Shown: piece by piece, positions 44,186 through 55,937 of the stretch | Position numbering within the stretch: position 1 is the stretch's first letter | Layout of the letters: the number at the start of each line of letters is the position of its first letter | Origin: Trypanosoma brucei | Taxonomy: Eukaryota | Direction: 5' to 3' | Length of the DNA stretch: 64,000 nt | Assembly: GCA_000002445.1 (NCBI GenBank) | Contig: CP000067.1 | Location: 1,312,001 to 1,376,000 of the forward strand | The notes under the pieces: generated by a model | Seen by the model: the letters and a program-made list of their open reading frames with translations, nothing else | What the model was told of the DNA's origin: nothing | Databases searched by the model: none | Position numbers and translations under genes: made by a program

Positions 44186-46195
44186 CTAGCATAGCGCAAC
44201 GTGGCGCAGCACAAATCCTGGTGAAACCCTCACAGGGATATTCTCTGGTGGGTAATTGAACTGACGTTGCGCCACATCAAACCACCGCTCACACATTTTC
44301 ATCCAACCACTGATATCATACGGAGTGCATGGTAGCCCTTGTCGGTTATCACGAACATATTCCCCTTCCACTTTGTAATGGTGTTGCTGTTGTTGGTAAT
44401 GGTACTGTTGTTGCTGGCGTTGCTGCTGCTGCTGCTGTTGTTGTTGTTGTTTTCTTCGCCTTCGTGACTCTTCCTGCTCCCGCATTTCAGGTAACGGTGT
44501 GCGTGGAGGAGGCGGAAGGCGGTGGGTGATATTCCATTTGCTTGCGTAGTGATACCACAGAGCCGCTCGCCGGCCACAACATGAGGAGCAGTAAGGTGAT
44601 AGTTGCGATAATGAATACAATGATGATGTTGTGGTGCCCGCGGCATCATATGAAGGAGGAAAGGGTAGCCCCCGTGGTGGCGACGGTGGAGGAAAGAAGT
44701 CCGCGTGGAAGTATAATAAATCACTGAGGTATTCACTGTACGCTTTGGTCTGCTGCTGTTGTTGTTTCTGACCGTCACTACCTCTCGCAGTTGGCTGCTG
44801 GGCATGTTTGATTTGAATAAATGGCGAGTTTTGTTCATTGCCCCACGACTTGCCGGTCCAGACAGATATACACGTGTTGTTGGTCGCGCCTGTGGCGTTA
44901 GAAAAATGAGCCATTTTAAGGCTGGAGGTGTTGCCCACGGAACTGTAACAATATGGTGGTGGGGAAACTGGTGAAGACATGGGATTCCCCTTCAAGGTAA
45001 GCTCCTGATGGTTTCGGTCAAAGCCCCCCTGTTGCTGTTTCTGCACTGGTTGTCTTGAAGGGAGTCGTGGTTGTCCTTCCATGATATAATTCGCCAACGA
45101 CAAGGTGCCGAGGGGTAAACCTGCGGCCGCGATGATACTCGCGGCTGCAGCTTCGAAACCGATTGTTGATGATGCTGAAGAGGTAGCCATGGCCGTGGCA
45201 GCTGTCTGCCTGACAGGAGGTAGGGCCTTTCCGGCGTTGGTACCACTGCCGTGGCTGACAGCATTGATGTTGTAAACGTTGCTTATGTGGGCATTGCCGT
45301 CGTTACTGTTAGCATTTTTGTACCTCATGCGGCTTGCCGTGTAGACTGTGGCTCCAGTAGGCGCCTGTGGGTTCACGGCGCCGCTCACACCCGTGAAAGA
45401 CTGCGTCCACTCCCCGTTTGGAACCGTTATTGTTGGCGTTGTTGCAGGGGCCTTCCTCTTGTCACCTCTTTCCACATCGGCATCACCACTAGTCATTGGA
45501 ATCCTGCCGTAGGCGCTGTGCGTGCTGTAGACGTGGCTATATTGACTGTTGTTCCTGTTGTAGTTGTGACTGTAGTCAACATTTTCACCGCTGAAGCCGC
45601 AGCTATTGTTACCTTTGCAGTTGTATCGGCAGTAGTAATCTAGCCAATTATCTTCCTTGTTCTCAGCGTCTTTCTCCTCAGGACTGTTGTTTTTGTGACC
45701 ACCACCACCACCACCACAACCAATGACACTGTCACCGATAACAACATCATTCCCGGCAATGCCACCAACGGCATTCTCGTCCTCGTCCTCATCGTCTTCC
45801 ATGAAGAGTGGGATATTCACCGCTTGATGATTATGTTTGGCGATACCCGCGCCTCCCACTAGCTGTTGGAGTGGGACTGTGTAGTTTATGGTAGGGCGGC
45901 TGTGCTTTTCGCGGACGTGTACGTTCAACACGCTGCTGGTTGCACTCAATTCGTCTTCACCGCTCGGCCACCATCTTCCAGGCTCTTCATCGTTACCGTT
46001 ATTATTGTTATTATTATGATTGCCGTAACTGTCGTTGGTATTACTTCCGGCACCATGACTTTTGCGGTGGGGGTTGCTAAAGTGGCTCTTGTCCTCGTGG
46101 ACGTCATAAACACTCCAACGCGCAAAGTACGGCGGGCTTCCCGGGCCTCCATCTTGTCCCTCCGAAGGTTGGCGGGTGAAACCACGGGACTTCAT
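44186..46195 (-). CDS. Hypothetical Q/N/S-rich low-complexity protein.
   Basis: 669-aa ORF with poly-Q (QQQQQQQQQRQQQQ, encoded by (CTG/TTG)n on the plus strand at about 44400-44460), poly-N and poly-G runs. The C-terminal ~60 aa are non-repetitive. Confidence 0.5.
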   Translation of the reverse strand: MKSRGFTRQPSEGQDGGPGSPPYFARWSVYDVHEDKSHFSNPHRKSHGAGSNTNDSYGNHNNNNNNGNDEEPGRWWPSGEDELSATSSVLNVHVREKHSRPTINYTVPLQQLVGGAGIAKHNHQAVNIPLFMEDDEDEDENAVGGIAGNDVVIGDSVIGCGGGGGGHKNNSPEEKDAENKEDNWLDYYCRYNCKGNNSCGFSGENVDYSHNYNRNNSQYSHVYSTHSAYGRIPMTSGDADVERGDKRKAPATTPTITVPNGEWTQSFTGVSGAVNPQAPTGATVYTASRMRYKNANSNDGNAHISNVYNINAVSHGSGTNAGKALPPVRQTAATAMATSSASSTIGFEAAAASIIAAAGLPLGTLSLANYIMEGQPRLPSRQPVQKQQQGGFDRNHQELTLKGNPMSSPVSPPPYCYSSVGNTSSLKMAHFSNATGATNNTCISVWTGKSWGNEQNSPFIQIKHAQQPTARGSDGQKQQQQQTKAYSEYLSDLLYFHADFFPPPSPPRGLPFPPSYDAAGTTTSSLYSLSQLSPYCSSCCGRRAALWYHYASKWNITHRLPPPPRTPLPEMREQEESRRRRKQQQQQQQQQQRQQQQYHYQQQQHHYKVEGEYVRDNRQGLPCTPYDISGWMKMCERWFDVAQRQFNYPPENIPVRVSPGFVLRHVALC

Positions 46196-46625
46196 TTATT
46201 CCCCCTTTCCTCCTTGTCTTTTGCACTTCCTTATAAATATTTAAGTATTTCGATAATGCGTTTCCCTTTGCCAGGCTTTCGGTTGTCAACTTTCGATGCA
46301 ATACAGGTGAAAGAAAAAAAACAAACAAAGAAGAACCATGAGTCGCGGCGAAACGACACTAGATGCTTAACATCAGAGACATTCATCGTTTCACCCATTC
46401 CATCCTCTTACAACCGTTCTTGTAATAACTAACCAACCTATTTCCGATCTTACAAATTACTCGCTTCAGGTGCTTTTATTCCTCCCTCCCCCCCCACCAG
46501 TATCCCTCTTACGTTTGCTCGGGGGAGAATCTCTGCATGTTTCCCCAACGAGAGGTACGAACCTCGGTCCCCACTTGCAGAAGGAAACCCTCAGCTTCAC
46601 CCATCATCGACCCGTCACCAAAAAG

Positions 46626-48338
46626 CTACAGCCGCAACACATCCATCGTCGTCACACGACCCCTGCAGTTTGCACTACAGATGTAGTGGAGCATCAAATC
46701 TGAGCTTTTGCCACTCGCACTGATACTGTTATTACTGCTGATGCCTCCTTTATCCACATTCCAAGCGATAGCGACACCCGCCGCATCCAATGAAAAGAGG
46801 GTTCGGCCAGCACAATGCAGTGCTTTCACACGCGTTGAATGCTTTGTGGGGTGACGTCCCGAGTGCTGTGACGCATCAGAACCAGCGGCAAAGCTGCCAG
46901 TCGTATCCCCGCTGCTGTTGTTAGTACCGCAAACTCCAACGTTACCGCCCTCACTACCATGGGGAATACGCCGTTCCACGATCCCCGGAACGCAAGCCCC
47001 CTGCCATGGCCCACAGCAGCATCGTATGTTTCCCGACTCATCACCAATCATTATGGTTTGTTCGTCCATGAAACAGAAGGTGTGCATTTCATTGTGCGGC
47101 TGCAGCGGAGAAGGAGCCCGGTATTGCGCCACAGCCCGCATCGTGGCCGTCTCATAAACAAGTAGAGCGTGACTGGACAGAACGGCGAAGTAAGAACCTA
47201 CTGGGGAGAAGTGGACCTCACGTGGCTCGTCGTGCCGCTCCCACTTCGCCAGCTTCACCGGCCTCCCGGGCTCATCGCTGTCGCTTGTTGTTTGTGCAGC
47301 AGCCGGAGACGCGACATTATCCCTTCCACCGTTGTCTTTGTTGGCTCTGTATCGACTTATTGCTGTTGCTAGTGATGTACTGTAGCGCCATTTGCTTAGT
47401 AACCGACCCCTCAACAAGTCTACAACTACAATATGGTGGTCTTCTGCCGAGCATGTAATGGCCAGCGCCGCACCGGAACCGCCGTCATTATTGCTTCCCG
47501 GATGTAGGGCAATGCTAGAGATGCATTTCTCATGTAATGGAATAGCCGAGTTGATGGACCAATCACGTGTGCGGTATGTTATAAGCTGCCCGTCGGTACA
47601 ACCACACAACATCAGCTGTGAGTTACTCGTTATCTTCATACAACGTACTTCACTGGGTGGTGAGACGTGACCCAAATCGGTAAGTCTGAGAGCAAGAGGC
47701 TCAGCGCTGCTGCCGCTATTTGTTTCTGCGGAAGGACCAGCAAAAGCCAGGGTTTCTTCCATTTCCCCACCGTTCCCACATGGTTCACCACCTTTCTTCA
47801 GCCTTTTCGCTTGCCGTTTTTGCTTCTTTTTCAAGAGCTTCAGTTGCTTTTGAACGCTGTGACTTTTATTGGTGAATAAAAATACCCGCTCATCCGTGCC
47901 CGCCGAAGCCATATACTTCGCCCCGCCCCCAGCTGTGACAGCGTTGATGCATCCGACATGGTGCTTGATGGAAAAAAGCAGGCCGAAGCGGCGACGCCGG
48001 TAGAGCAACCCCGCCATGACGGAGTGATATGTTCCAATGACCAGCAGGGCGCTGCGACACTCTTCAGTAGGGACTTTCGCCTGCACTTGATCCAACACCG
48101 GACTCTTCACTTGCTGCGCTGCCGCTGGTGATGATGATGCAATCGGTAAATTTCGCTTTTCCTCTTTTTGCCGCCGCCGTTGCTGAAGTTGGTCCTCATT
48201 CCCTTCACCTGCATTATCCGTCTTTTTCTTCGGTTTCAGTTTCTTTTGTTTGAGTGCTACCGCTGGTGAAGAGGCCGCTGCTTCACCAGCATGCCGGGGG
48301 CGCTTTTGACCGTTCCGCTTCTCACTGCCGCTTTGCAT
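46626..48338 (-). CDS. WD40-repeat-like protein with Lys-rich basic segments (possibly nucleolar). ORF track gives 46626..48503; likely start is MQSGSEKRNG at 48338.
   Basis: WD-like signatures (ASAGTDERVFLF, LCGCTDGQLITY, IALHPGS) and KK/KR-rich linkers. Confidence 0.5.
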   Translation of the reverse strand: MQSGSEKRNGQKRPRHAGEAAASSPAVALKQKKLKPKKKTDNAGEGNEDQLQQRRRQKEEKRNLPIASSSPAAAQQVKSPVLDQVQAKVPTEECRSALLVIGTYHSVMAGLLYRRRRFGLLFSIKHHVGCINAVTAGGGAKYMASAGTDERVFLFTNKSHSVQKQLKLLKKKQKRQAKRLKKGGEPCGNGGEMEETLAFAGPSAETNSGSSAEPLALRLTDLGHVSPPSEVRCMKITSNSQLMLCGCTDGQLITYRTRDWSINSAIPLHEKCISSIALHPGSNNDGGSGAALAITCSAEDHHIVVVDLLRGRLLSKWRYSTSLATAISRYRANKDNGGRDNVASPAAAQTTSDSDEPGRPVKLAKWERHDEPREVHFSPVGSYFAVLSSHALLVYETATMRAVAQYRAPSPLQPHNEMHTFCFMDEQTIMIGDESGNIRCCCGPWQGACVPGIVERRIPHGSEGGNVGVCGTNNSSGDTTGSFAAGSDASQHSGRHPTKHSTRVKALHCAGRTLFSLDAAGVAIAWNVDKGGISSNNSISASGKSSDLMLHYICSANCRGRVTTMDVLRL

Positions 48339-49465
48339 GATTCGAACGAGGTCCACCCTTCCTTGCTCGCTATAGATGCCTATATGACCGTTTAAATAGA
48401 GGTCAGTAATTGCAGAGGAAGTTGATGACAAAAAAATAAATAAATAGAGATTTGTATATTTCCCATCAGCACTACGACAGTGAGTGACAACTAAAATACC
48501 CATTTGTTATAAATGATTGTTTGTGCAGAGCAATCGCGTACTGAGTTGCCCCTTATTGACCTCTTGTAACGTTTTTTTTTCCTTCTTTCATTTCGACAAA
48601 CGGTGCCGTAACGACACATTTTGTGCTCGCATTCCTTCTTCATATCATACCTCTTGCGTTAATCCATGAAGAAAATTGAGGGGGCCCAACGGAGCAAAAA
48701 ACAAAAACAAAAACAAAAACAAGAAGGGAATGAGGAATCGAGCAACTGCAGTTGTTGAAATAGTAGTTGAGAGGGAATGGGTACAGGTATAATGTCGGTG
48801 GAGGTAATAAATACGTCATTATCCCCTTGGGGTTCCTTCTTCGTTCGCCCTATCCACACTTTCTTCATATCTTTCCTACATTTTTTCCCGTTGAACAGTC
48901 AGCACAAAACAGACATCATTTGCTATCAATCCATATACAGTGTAGCCCCACAAAGTGAGGGATTTAGTGGCGAAGAGAGCGTTTTCACGTCTGCTTACAA
49001 ACGGTTTTGTTTGAAAGTGTGGGTACTTTTTTTTCCCTCTCCTTCATTGGGAGAGAAAAAGTGATGTTTTATTAGTGTAGATAAAAGCAATTTAACAACG
49101 GAATGTCAAGCAGGTGAGCAGAAAAAAAAAAAATCAAACCTTCCACCTTCAGCTCTGTGAGCCGGCTCAAAGAAGAGAGGTATGCACAGAAAAAGAAAAA
49201 AAGAATAAATAGTAGACTACTTGAAGGAGCAATCTTCGCTTCATACCAGCCACATTTTATTTCCCTCATACTGTGTCGTTATTAAATGTGTTAATGCCGA
49301 ACGACGCTTATGTACAAAAATAGAAACGGTCCCCGAAAAAGAACTTATAACGGATGATGGCTAAAGTAGAAATAAAATGAGTAAAATGATAACATGCTAA
49401 AACAAGCACATTTTTTTTTCACTTTACTGGTTCAACATTTGAACGTCGCATAATTATGAAGTGAT

Positions 49466-50869
49466 TTAAACTGTTCCACAAGTTGAGTGACATAGACCTG
49501 CCCCATTTTCCACCGTGTCCACCTGAATGGTCGTATGGGTGATGCCAAATCTCTTGCAAACCTCCTGTGCCTTCTGAAGGGCTGCATCCTTATCATCCGC
49601 CTCAAGATGAACCGACAGCGCTGCGTAGTCGGAGGCAATCGACCACACGTGAAGGTCGTGTACGCCTTCAACACCTTTAATACTGCGCAGGGCACTCAAC
49701 AACTCGGAGTAGTTAATACCCGGAGGGGTACTCTCCATGAGAATTCCCAGAAGGTCCCGCAGCAACGGTCGCGTCATGTTGAGCGTAATGACGGCAAACA
49801 GTAGCGAGCACAGCGGGTCTGCAAGGTTGTAAATGGAGTAGCGATATGATGGAACACCGTACGAATAACGGTTTGCGACATAAATGAAGATTCCAGCGAG
49901 GATGACGCCGAGAGACTGGACACAATCACCCAACGCATGAAGCAGAGCAGCGTGAACGGCGAACCCTCTGCCACTGTGACTGTGACTGTGATCATGACCT
50001 TCACCTTCACTTCCGCTGTGCCCGTATCCATGTCCATGGTCGTGACTGTGATTGTGCTCAGTATTCTCCTCGCATAGTGAATCCTCTTCTTCCCCGTTAC
50101 CGCTATGGCTATGATGGTGTGATCCACCAAAATGACTGTGGCCGTGCGAACCACCGAAGTACAAAATAGCGGTGCATACAATGTTTACCACCATCCCTAG
50201 TACACCCACCACAACCATGATGGGTGAGTCGATACTTGTACACATTTCCATATGCGTCGCCTCTGTCAGTGCTCCATCCTTGTCGACCGTAGGGTGCTGT
50301 GAAATATTACCGAAGCCGTAATAGCTGGTGCTATTATTTCGCTTGTACTGTTGAGCAGTGGTAGCAAGCATCGCATGGATACGGCTACACTTCAGTACAG
50401 TCCACGACCGGTCCAACCCCTCCATGACAATCCAGACGACAAGGGCCCAAATGGAGAAGACCGACACAAGCGTTCCGATGACTTCCGCACGATGCCAACC
50501 ATAATTGTACTTCCCGCAGGAAGAGCGTGAGGCGGTACAGAGGCTCACAACACTCATCGCATAGGCGCCCACGTCAATGAGGAGGTGCGAAGCATCGGTG
50601 AGAAGTGCGAGGGAATGCGCGAGGACACCAAAAACAAACTCCACAGACATGAAAACAAAACAAAATAGGAGAGCGCTCAAAAGCACTTTCGACTCGCGGC
50701 GCCGCCGCATCTCCGTTGGTTCCACATGAGCTTGTCTTCCACCACCCGACTTGCTCATCAGGGAATGCGGCGTTGAAGTTGTTACTTCTACAGCCGTTGC
50801 ACTGTAACCTGTAGCCCGCCCGGCCCTAACGGGAAGGAGTTGATGTTGCTCACGGGGTTTCTCCACCAT
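49466..50869 (-). CDS. Cation diffusion facilitator (CDF/ZnT-like) metal transporter with a His-rich cytosolic loop.
   Basis: Six hydrophobic helices. Loop reads HSHFGGSHHHSHSG...HNHSHDHGHGYGHSGSEGEGHDHSHSHS. CDF signature HALGD in TM5 (HAALLHALGDCVQSLGV). Confidence 0.8.
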   Translation of the reverse strand: MVEKPREQHQLLPVRAGRATGYSATAVEVTTSTPHSLMSKSGGGRQAHVEPTEMRRRRESKVLLSALLFCFVFMSVEFVFGVLAHSLALLTDASHLLIDVGAYAMSVVSLCTASRSSCGKYNYGWHRAEVIGTLVSVFSIWALVVWIVMEGLDRSWTVLKCSRIHAMLATTAQQYKRNNSTSYYGFGNISQHPTVDKDGALTEATHMEMCTSIDSPIMVVVGVLGMVVNIVCTAILYFGGSHGHSHFGGSHHHSHSGNGEEEDSLCEENTEHNHSHDHGHGYGHSGSEGEGHDHSHSHSGRGFAVHAALLHALGDCVQSLGVILAGIFIYVANRYSYGVPSYRYSIYNLADPLCSLLFAVITLNMTRPLLRDLLGILMESTPPGINYSELLSALRSIKGVEGVHDLHVWSIASDYAALSVHLEADDKDAALQKAQEVCKRFGITHTTIQVDTVENGAGLCHSTCGTV

Positions 50870-52480
50870 GTTTTTACTTTTATTCTTATGGGGGTTATTA
50901 AGTTACTTTTCTGAGTGCCGTATTTCCAATACGCACGGCGATGAGAGCCAAAATTTCTTTTCTCAGCGTCTGTGGTTTCGTTTGATTTGAGGTGGCGCTT
51001 ACCCTCCTTTGTCCTTTCCTCTCTCTGATGTTTAGGTATCAAGTGAAAAAAAAATTATAGTGCCAGCCACACGTTCACGGCTGAAGATACGGCTCGGCCT
51101 TCTTTACCCTCGGCGGAGAAATAATGAATATTAGCAACCGCAGAAAAAGAAAAAAAACAATAAGAGGAGGGGAAGTGAAGAAGGAAAATGGGAGAGTTAA
51201 GCAGACTACCAAGTAAATGATGTGTGTATATATGTGTGAAGCAATTGAATAAAATGAAACTTAATACACGCATGCAGACAAAGAAAAAGTGCATGTGTTA
51301 ACTTCGGTACTGGAATTACGCTATTATGTCCCTCATTGGAACCACCAGGGCTATTTTGGCGGGTTGTCCTCACGACGACGCGAGCTCCGCGTCCATGCTA
51401 TGAGTATATTCTTATTTTTTTTTTTCAAGTGATCCAAAGAAATAAAAAAAGAAACCTAATCATGCGGGGAGAGTATCCGTATTCGCGACGGCGGCCTCTC
51501 GACTGCCTCTCACACTTCCTCTACCTGCCCGAGGAGGTACGGAAACCCAACAAGTACATAAAAAATATGGGTAGTGGAAGCTGTTGAGATGAGAAGGTTG
51601 CGCAAAAAAAAAAAAAACAACACACATACAAACAATACCAACACGCCCACACGAGGAAAGAAAAGAAAATGACTGGAAGAGAAATAATCAAAACCAAGCA
51701 GCGATAAAGAGAAAGGAAACGGGCACAAACGAGCTGATGTCCCACTGCGGGAAAGTACTGTTACTAACACCAACTCCCAACTGCCTCGCATCTTTTCGTT
51801 ATCCTTTTGTTTTCCTTTTTTCTCCATATCTTCCTTTTTTTTTCTCCATGAAGGCGGTAAAAAGCATCACACTTCAAATCACGCTCAAGCAAAGCACCCC
51901 TTCCCTATAATTAATTAACACTGAACGGCTACTGAGTCCAAACAGATACAGAAGCATTAGTCGGTACCGTTAACAACACGCGGGGCATATCCACGCGCGT
52001 TAACTAGGAGTAACGATAGCAGCAGTTGCCAAACTATCTCTCTAAGTTGTGGCAAAGGTGCTGACACACAAAAGTCTCCAATGTCGATAATGATGGAAAA
52101 TGACATAACAACTAACGGGAGAAACGATGATAAGAACACTGCCGCGGTGAAGACAGCGTTCACAACGGTAATGCACAGGGTGCAACTAACGCCACGGAAG
52201 CATAACGTACAAGGGAACAAAGCGAAAAAGCTTCTCCCACCCCTCTTTCTTAAAACGCTTTGCCCTGAATTATCGTGCCATCTGTAAGGGATGCACTATG
52301 ATGCGAGCAGCGTTTGCAGCAGCAACAACGGCACCACCTTTGGTATTTGTAACAATACCAATGACGACGTTGGTTGCAACCGCAGTCCGGACAGCTGTAG
52401 AAGCAACACTCATTTCTCCCGTCTTCCCCTTTAGCTTGTGAATACCAAGTGTATCCACCCACTTCCACACCCCCTTTCAT

Positions 52481-53509
52481 TCAGTAAGTGACACGGGACA
52501 GCTGCAGGGCGTGCTCAAACTTTTCCTCTTCTGTCATCTCAGATATCGGTTTAGGAGGTGGAATGAAATCCTGTCGGAGTTGGGCCCGCAGGTACGCATA
52601 AACATTTAACTCCTTTGCTTCATCACTAGACTCCGGTACCACACCTGTCAGCGGCTTCAGATCCAAACCCTCGCAAATTTCGTTGCATTTGTGATTGACC
52701 ACAAACTTCGTAATGCCCTCCACGCCCATGTTTCCCAGCCCGAGGCCCCGACCGTCCTCCGTGTGAATTTGCGGGTCTGTCAACAAGTCATTGACGCCCT
52801 GCAGATCGCACAAAAGCATCGAGCCCACACTATCTACGAGAGTGAAATGAGAGAAAGCTTCAGCCACGTGCAACATATGCTGACGCTTCCGTTTCTGGGA
52901 GTCCGTTTTGCAGTGCTTATCATCCTCATAGACGTCACCGTAGTTGCTGTTATACTTTGTGAAGTGTCCCCCAAGTTTGGGTTCCATCACGAAAAGAACA
53001 TCTCCTGTGTCGACTGTACGGTGGGAGAAGAACCCATCCTTCAGCCGGCGGTACTCGCGGGGGATGATATTACGACTAATACGCAACACCTGACACTGTA
53101 AGAATGATATGCGCGGTTTGTTAGGTCCATGGAAGGGAGCCTTGTTGAAGTTGCTCGCAAATTCTTCGCAGAGACACTGCGCTTCCCCTTCGCAGAAATA
53201 ATCCTCTTCCTTCACGTCACTCACAACCTTAAGGAACAACTTGGCGATGCAGCGCGTGCGGCTGCCGTCATCTTCGATCTCCTCAACCTCATAACAGACC
53301 CGCATGCCACCCTTAGCAAAGGGTTTGAGTGGTTTGATGATTTGAACGTTGGTGTCCGACACAACCCATTCCTTCCTCCGAAAGCTGTAAATATATTTCG
53401 TGGCGCTACAAATGCAACTCGCGCCTGTGGGCTTTGGAGTCGAATCTCCTCCTGCTGACTGCATTAGCTTAACCAAAATGCGAACTGCCAAACGTATAGA
53501 TAAATACAC
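52481..53509 (-). CDS. Alpha-kinase family protein (atypical protein kinase). An alternative start, MQSAGGDS, sits at 53464.
   Basis: Alpha-kinase hallmarks: FAKGGMRVCY, FVMEPKLGGHFTKYNSNYG, LCDLQGVNDLLTDPQIHT, GLGNMGVEGITKFVVNHKCNEICEGL. Confidence 0.75.
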   Translation of the reverse strand: MYLSIRLAVRILVKLMQSAGGDSTPKPTGASCICSATKYIYSFRRKEWVVSDTNVQIIKPLKPFAKGGMRVCYEVEEIEDDGSRTRCIAKLFLKVVSDVKEEDYFCEGEAQCLCEEFASNFNKAPFHGPNKPRISFLQCQVLRISRNIIPREYRRLKDGFFSHRTVDTGDVLFVMEPKLGGHFTKYNSNYGDVYEDDKHCKTDSQKRKRQHMLHVAEAFSHFTLVDSVGSMLLCDLQGVNDLLTDPQIHTEDGRGLGLGNMGVEGITKFVVNHKCNEICEGLDLKPLTGVVPESSDEAKELNVYAYLRAQLRQDFIPPPKPISEMTEEEKFEHALQLSRVTY

Positions 53510-53978
53510 GTGTAGTTGTACGAGTGATGCTCAGAGAAACAGTGCACTCCTGCAATATAAGAACGAGGGAAGAGCGTATATGTATGCCTATAGATAGTTT
53601 TCCTCCTGTACAGTGTGATCCTACGTGGGATGCCTTTTGGTCGGGCGCTGCACAGCGCTATAAGGATTCCAGTGGAGCTCCGACAGCGAGCGGGACGGCA
53701 GCGGCAGCGCGGTAGGCAATAATTAAAATTAAAAAGTGAGAAAGGGGAAGGGGAGACATGCAGCGATGGGGATGAGTAGCGTTACAAGTATCGAACAATG
53801 ACAGCCGAGCAACTGACAACATTTGTACAACACAAAAAAAAAATGAGAAAAAGGCAGGATCAATTATTATTTGCCGTACGTCTTTGTGTTCTCCGCATCA
53901 CCTTCACGTGCGCACGTGTGTGCGTTTGTGTGTGTATGCACGACGGAAGAAGTCAACCGAAATAGATATTCGTCGATA

Positions 53979-54497
53979 TCACCGCATTTCATTCGTTGTT
54001 TCACTCGGCATCTGCAGCGTAATCCCATCAAGTTCTTTGCTGAGCTTTACCTGGCACGCGAGCCGCGACGTCGGAGTCACCTGCGGCGCGAGGTCCAACA
54101 TGTCCATTTCATCCTCCGATGCCGCTGTCAGTTTCCCAAAGTCCTCTTCGCGAAGGATGACGTGACAAGTGCTACAGGCGCATGTCCCGTCGCAGGCGGC
54201 TTCAATGTCCACCCGAGCAACGTCACGAAGCGCCTCCATCAATGTTAAACCACTTGGGGCAGAGAATGTAATCTTTTCCCCCTCAGCGGTTGTCACATTG
54301 ACGCGGATTGCTCCTGGAGTTGAGGACCCATCGTTGCCACTGTTGCTGCTATCGTTATTTTGATTATTACCACCGCCTCCACTGTGACAAAAGCGGCCCA
54401 TAAAGGTTGTAAGTAACCCCTGACGCTGAAGGAAGCCCCGACCACATGATGTTCCTAAAGTGCCGAAAGTTGCGGAAAGCATACCCTTATGTAGCAC
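53979..54497 (-). CDS. Adrenodoxin-type [2Fe-2S] ferredoxin, mitochondrial precursor.
   Basis: The four ligand Cys sit in an adrenodoxin-type arrangement (ACDGTCACSTCHV ... LACQV). The N-terminal extension fits a presequence. Confidence 0.8.
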   Translation of the reverse strand: MLHKGMLSATFGTLGTSCGRGFLQRQGLLTTFMGRFCHSGGGGNNQNNDSSNSGNDGSSTPGAIRVNVTTAEGEKITFSAPSGLTLMEALRDVARVDIEAACDGTCACSTCHVILREEDFGKLTAASEDEMDMLDLAPQVTPTSRLACQVKLSKELDGITLQMPSETTNEMR

Positions 54498-55304
54498 TGT
54501 GGTGGGTCACAGCGCAGTTGTGTACAAACTGCATTGGTGTTAATTGTCGCAAAAGAACGAGATTAAAGTTTTAAAAAGAGAAACGCAAGACAAAAAAAAA
54601 AAAGAGGTGAACGCACAGCAAAATTACACTGACAAAGCCATGTAACCACAAAATGCAGTTGGAGGCTTCCGCAGTTGCAGGGTCACGAATATCGTGGAGA
54701 AGACGTTCTCGCAAACGAATGCATTTGAAATTCTCTACAAATGCGCCCCATTAATCCCCTCATGTCCCTTCACGAGCCTAAACATCCTCTGTGGACCAAT
54801 CTCCACCCGTTTCACCACCCCAAACGTAATATAATGCTAAAATTCCTTTACTTGAAAATAACAACAACCAGAAAATAAATACCCCCCGTCGTATGCGGTG
54901 CATCAATATGTAGAACAGACTTCCACACGTCGAATTGACGCCCCTCTCACCTTGCAACCGCGGCGGGGTGAGTCAGGCATCTCCTCCATTCTTAAACAAA
55001 AAGAAAAAAAATAACAATCGAACGAACAAAACAACACCTAACAAACTTTTTCCAATCGCTTGCCGAGTATCAAACCACAATTGTGGCAAGGGGTTGCTCA
55101 CTCCTACGCACGGATCTTAAAGTGACAGTCGCATATATTTCCCTACCCTTTTCCTTCAATTCCGATAGTTAAAGTAAATAAGCGAATAAGTGGACAAGAA
55201 CCCAGTCACAACCAGTGAGAACTGCATTGCTCCCTCTTGCTTTGATTTGATTCCTCCCATAGCATCACATCCTCTCCCCCATTTTTTTAAAAGTCCCGTT
55301 GACG

Positions 55305-55520
55305 TTACACCAACGTTGGCCACAGCTTTGGGTCAACGCACACATCGACGCAATGAACTATATCAAAGTATTGGTGGTAGCAGTGGGGCTCCTTTTCTGA
55401 AGGGATATCCTTGATGCGCTCGAGGCAGGCATTGTAGGCGAGCACTTTATGTTGGCAGTTGTTCGCCAGGCAGTCCTTTTCAAGATCAAGTTTAATGTCG
55501 CGTGGTTCCTCGTCGGCCAT
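55305..55520 (-). CDS. Small twin-Cx9C (CHCH-domain) protein, likely mitochondrial intermembrane space (COX6B/QCR-hinge-like). ORF track gives 55305..55664.
   Basis: MADEEPRDIKLDLEKDC..CQHKVLAYNAC...CYHQYFDIVHC gives two C-x9-C pairs after an acidic N-terminus. 'cat' at 55518-55520. The upstream portion of the ORF is His/Lys-rich UTR translation. Confidence 0.55.
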   Translation of the reverse strand: MADEEPRDIKLDLEKDCLANNCQHKVLAYNACLERIKDIPSEKEPHCYHQYFDIVHCVDVCVDPKLWPTLV

Positions 55521-55937
55521 AAAAGACTTCTTTTTTTTTTTTGCACTGTGTTTCGTATGTTTATGGGTGTGACTGCTTGGCTTTGCTTCGGGGGGTGTAG
55601 GGAAAGTAGCGAGGTGGGTAAAGGCAAACAGTAGGTATAAGAGTAGCACTGTGGTGAGAAACAATAGAAGAAGAAGAGGGACGGGAGCAAAATGTCCCTC
55701 TACAACTGCATCTCTGCATTGGAGAACCTTTTTTTAGTTGCAACATCACCAAAGTAAAAAGGTGGAAACGGTATGGGGAGCGTCATGCAGTGCAAAATCG
55801 CAACGCTGGAAGAAATTCCTCGAATACATAACTTCAACACACAACATCTAACGAAATGGGAGTTATTCTATAATATACCATATTGGTGATGTCGACAAGA
55901 GGTAGAACAAAGCAAACGACAACTCCGGTTCCAACCA

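Noticed and set aside
44299-44838. 179-aa minus ORF overlapping the Q/N-rich gene in another frame.
   Set aside because: Alternate-frame translation of the same repetitive coding DNA. The longer 669-aa frame has a non-repetitive conserved-looking C-terminus, so I prefer it.
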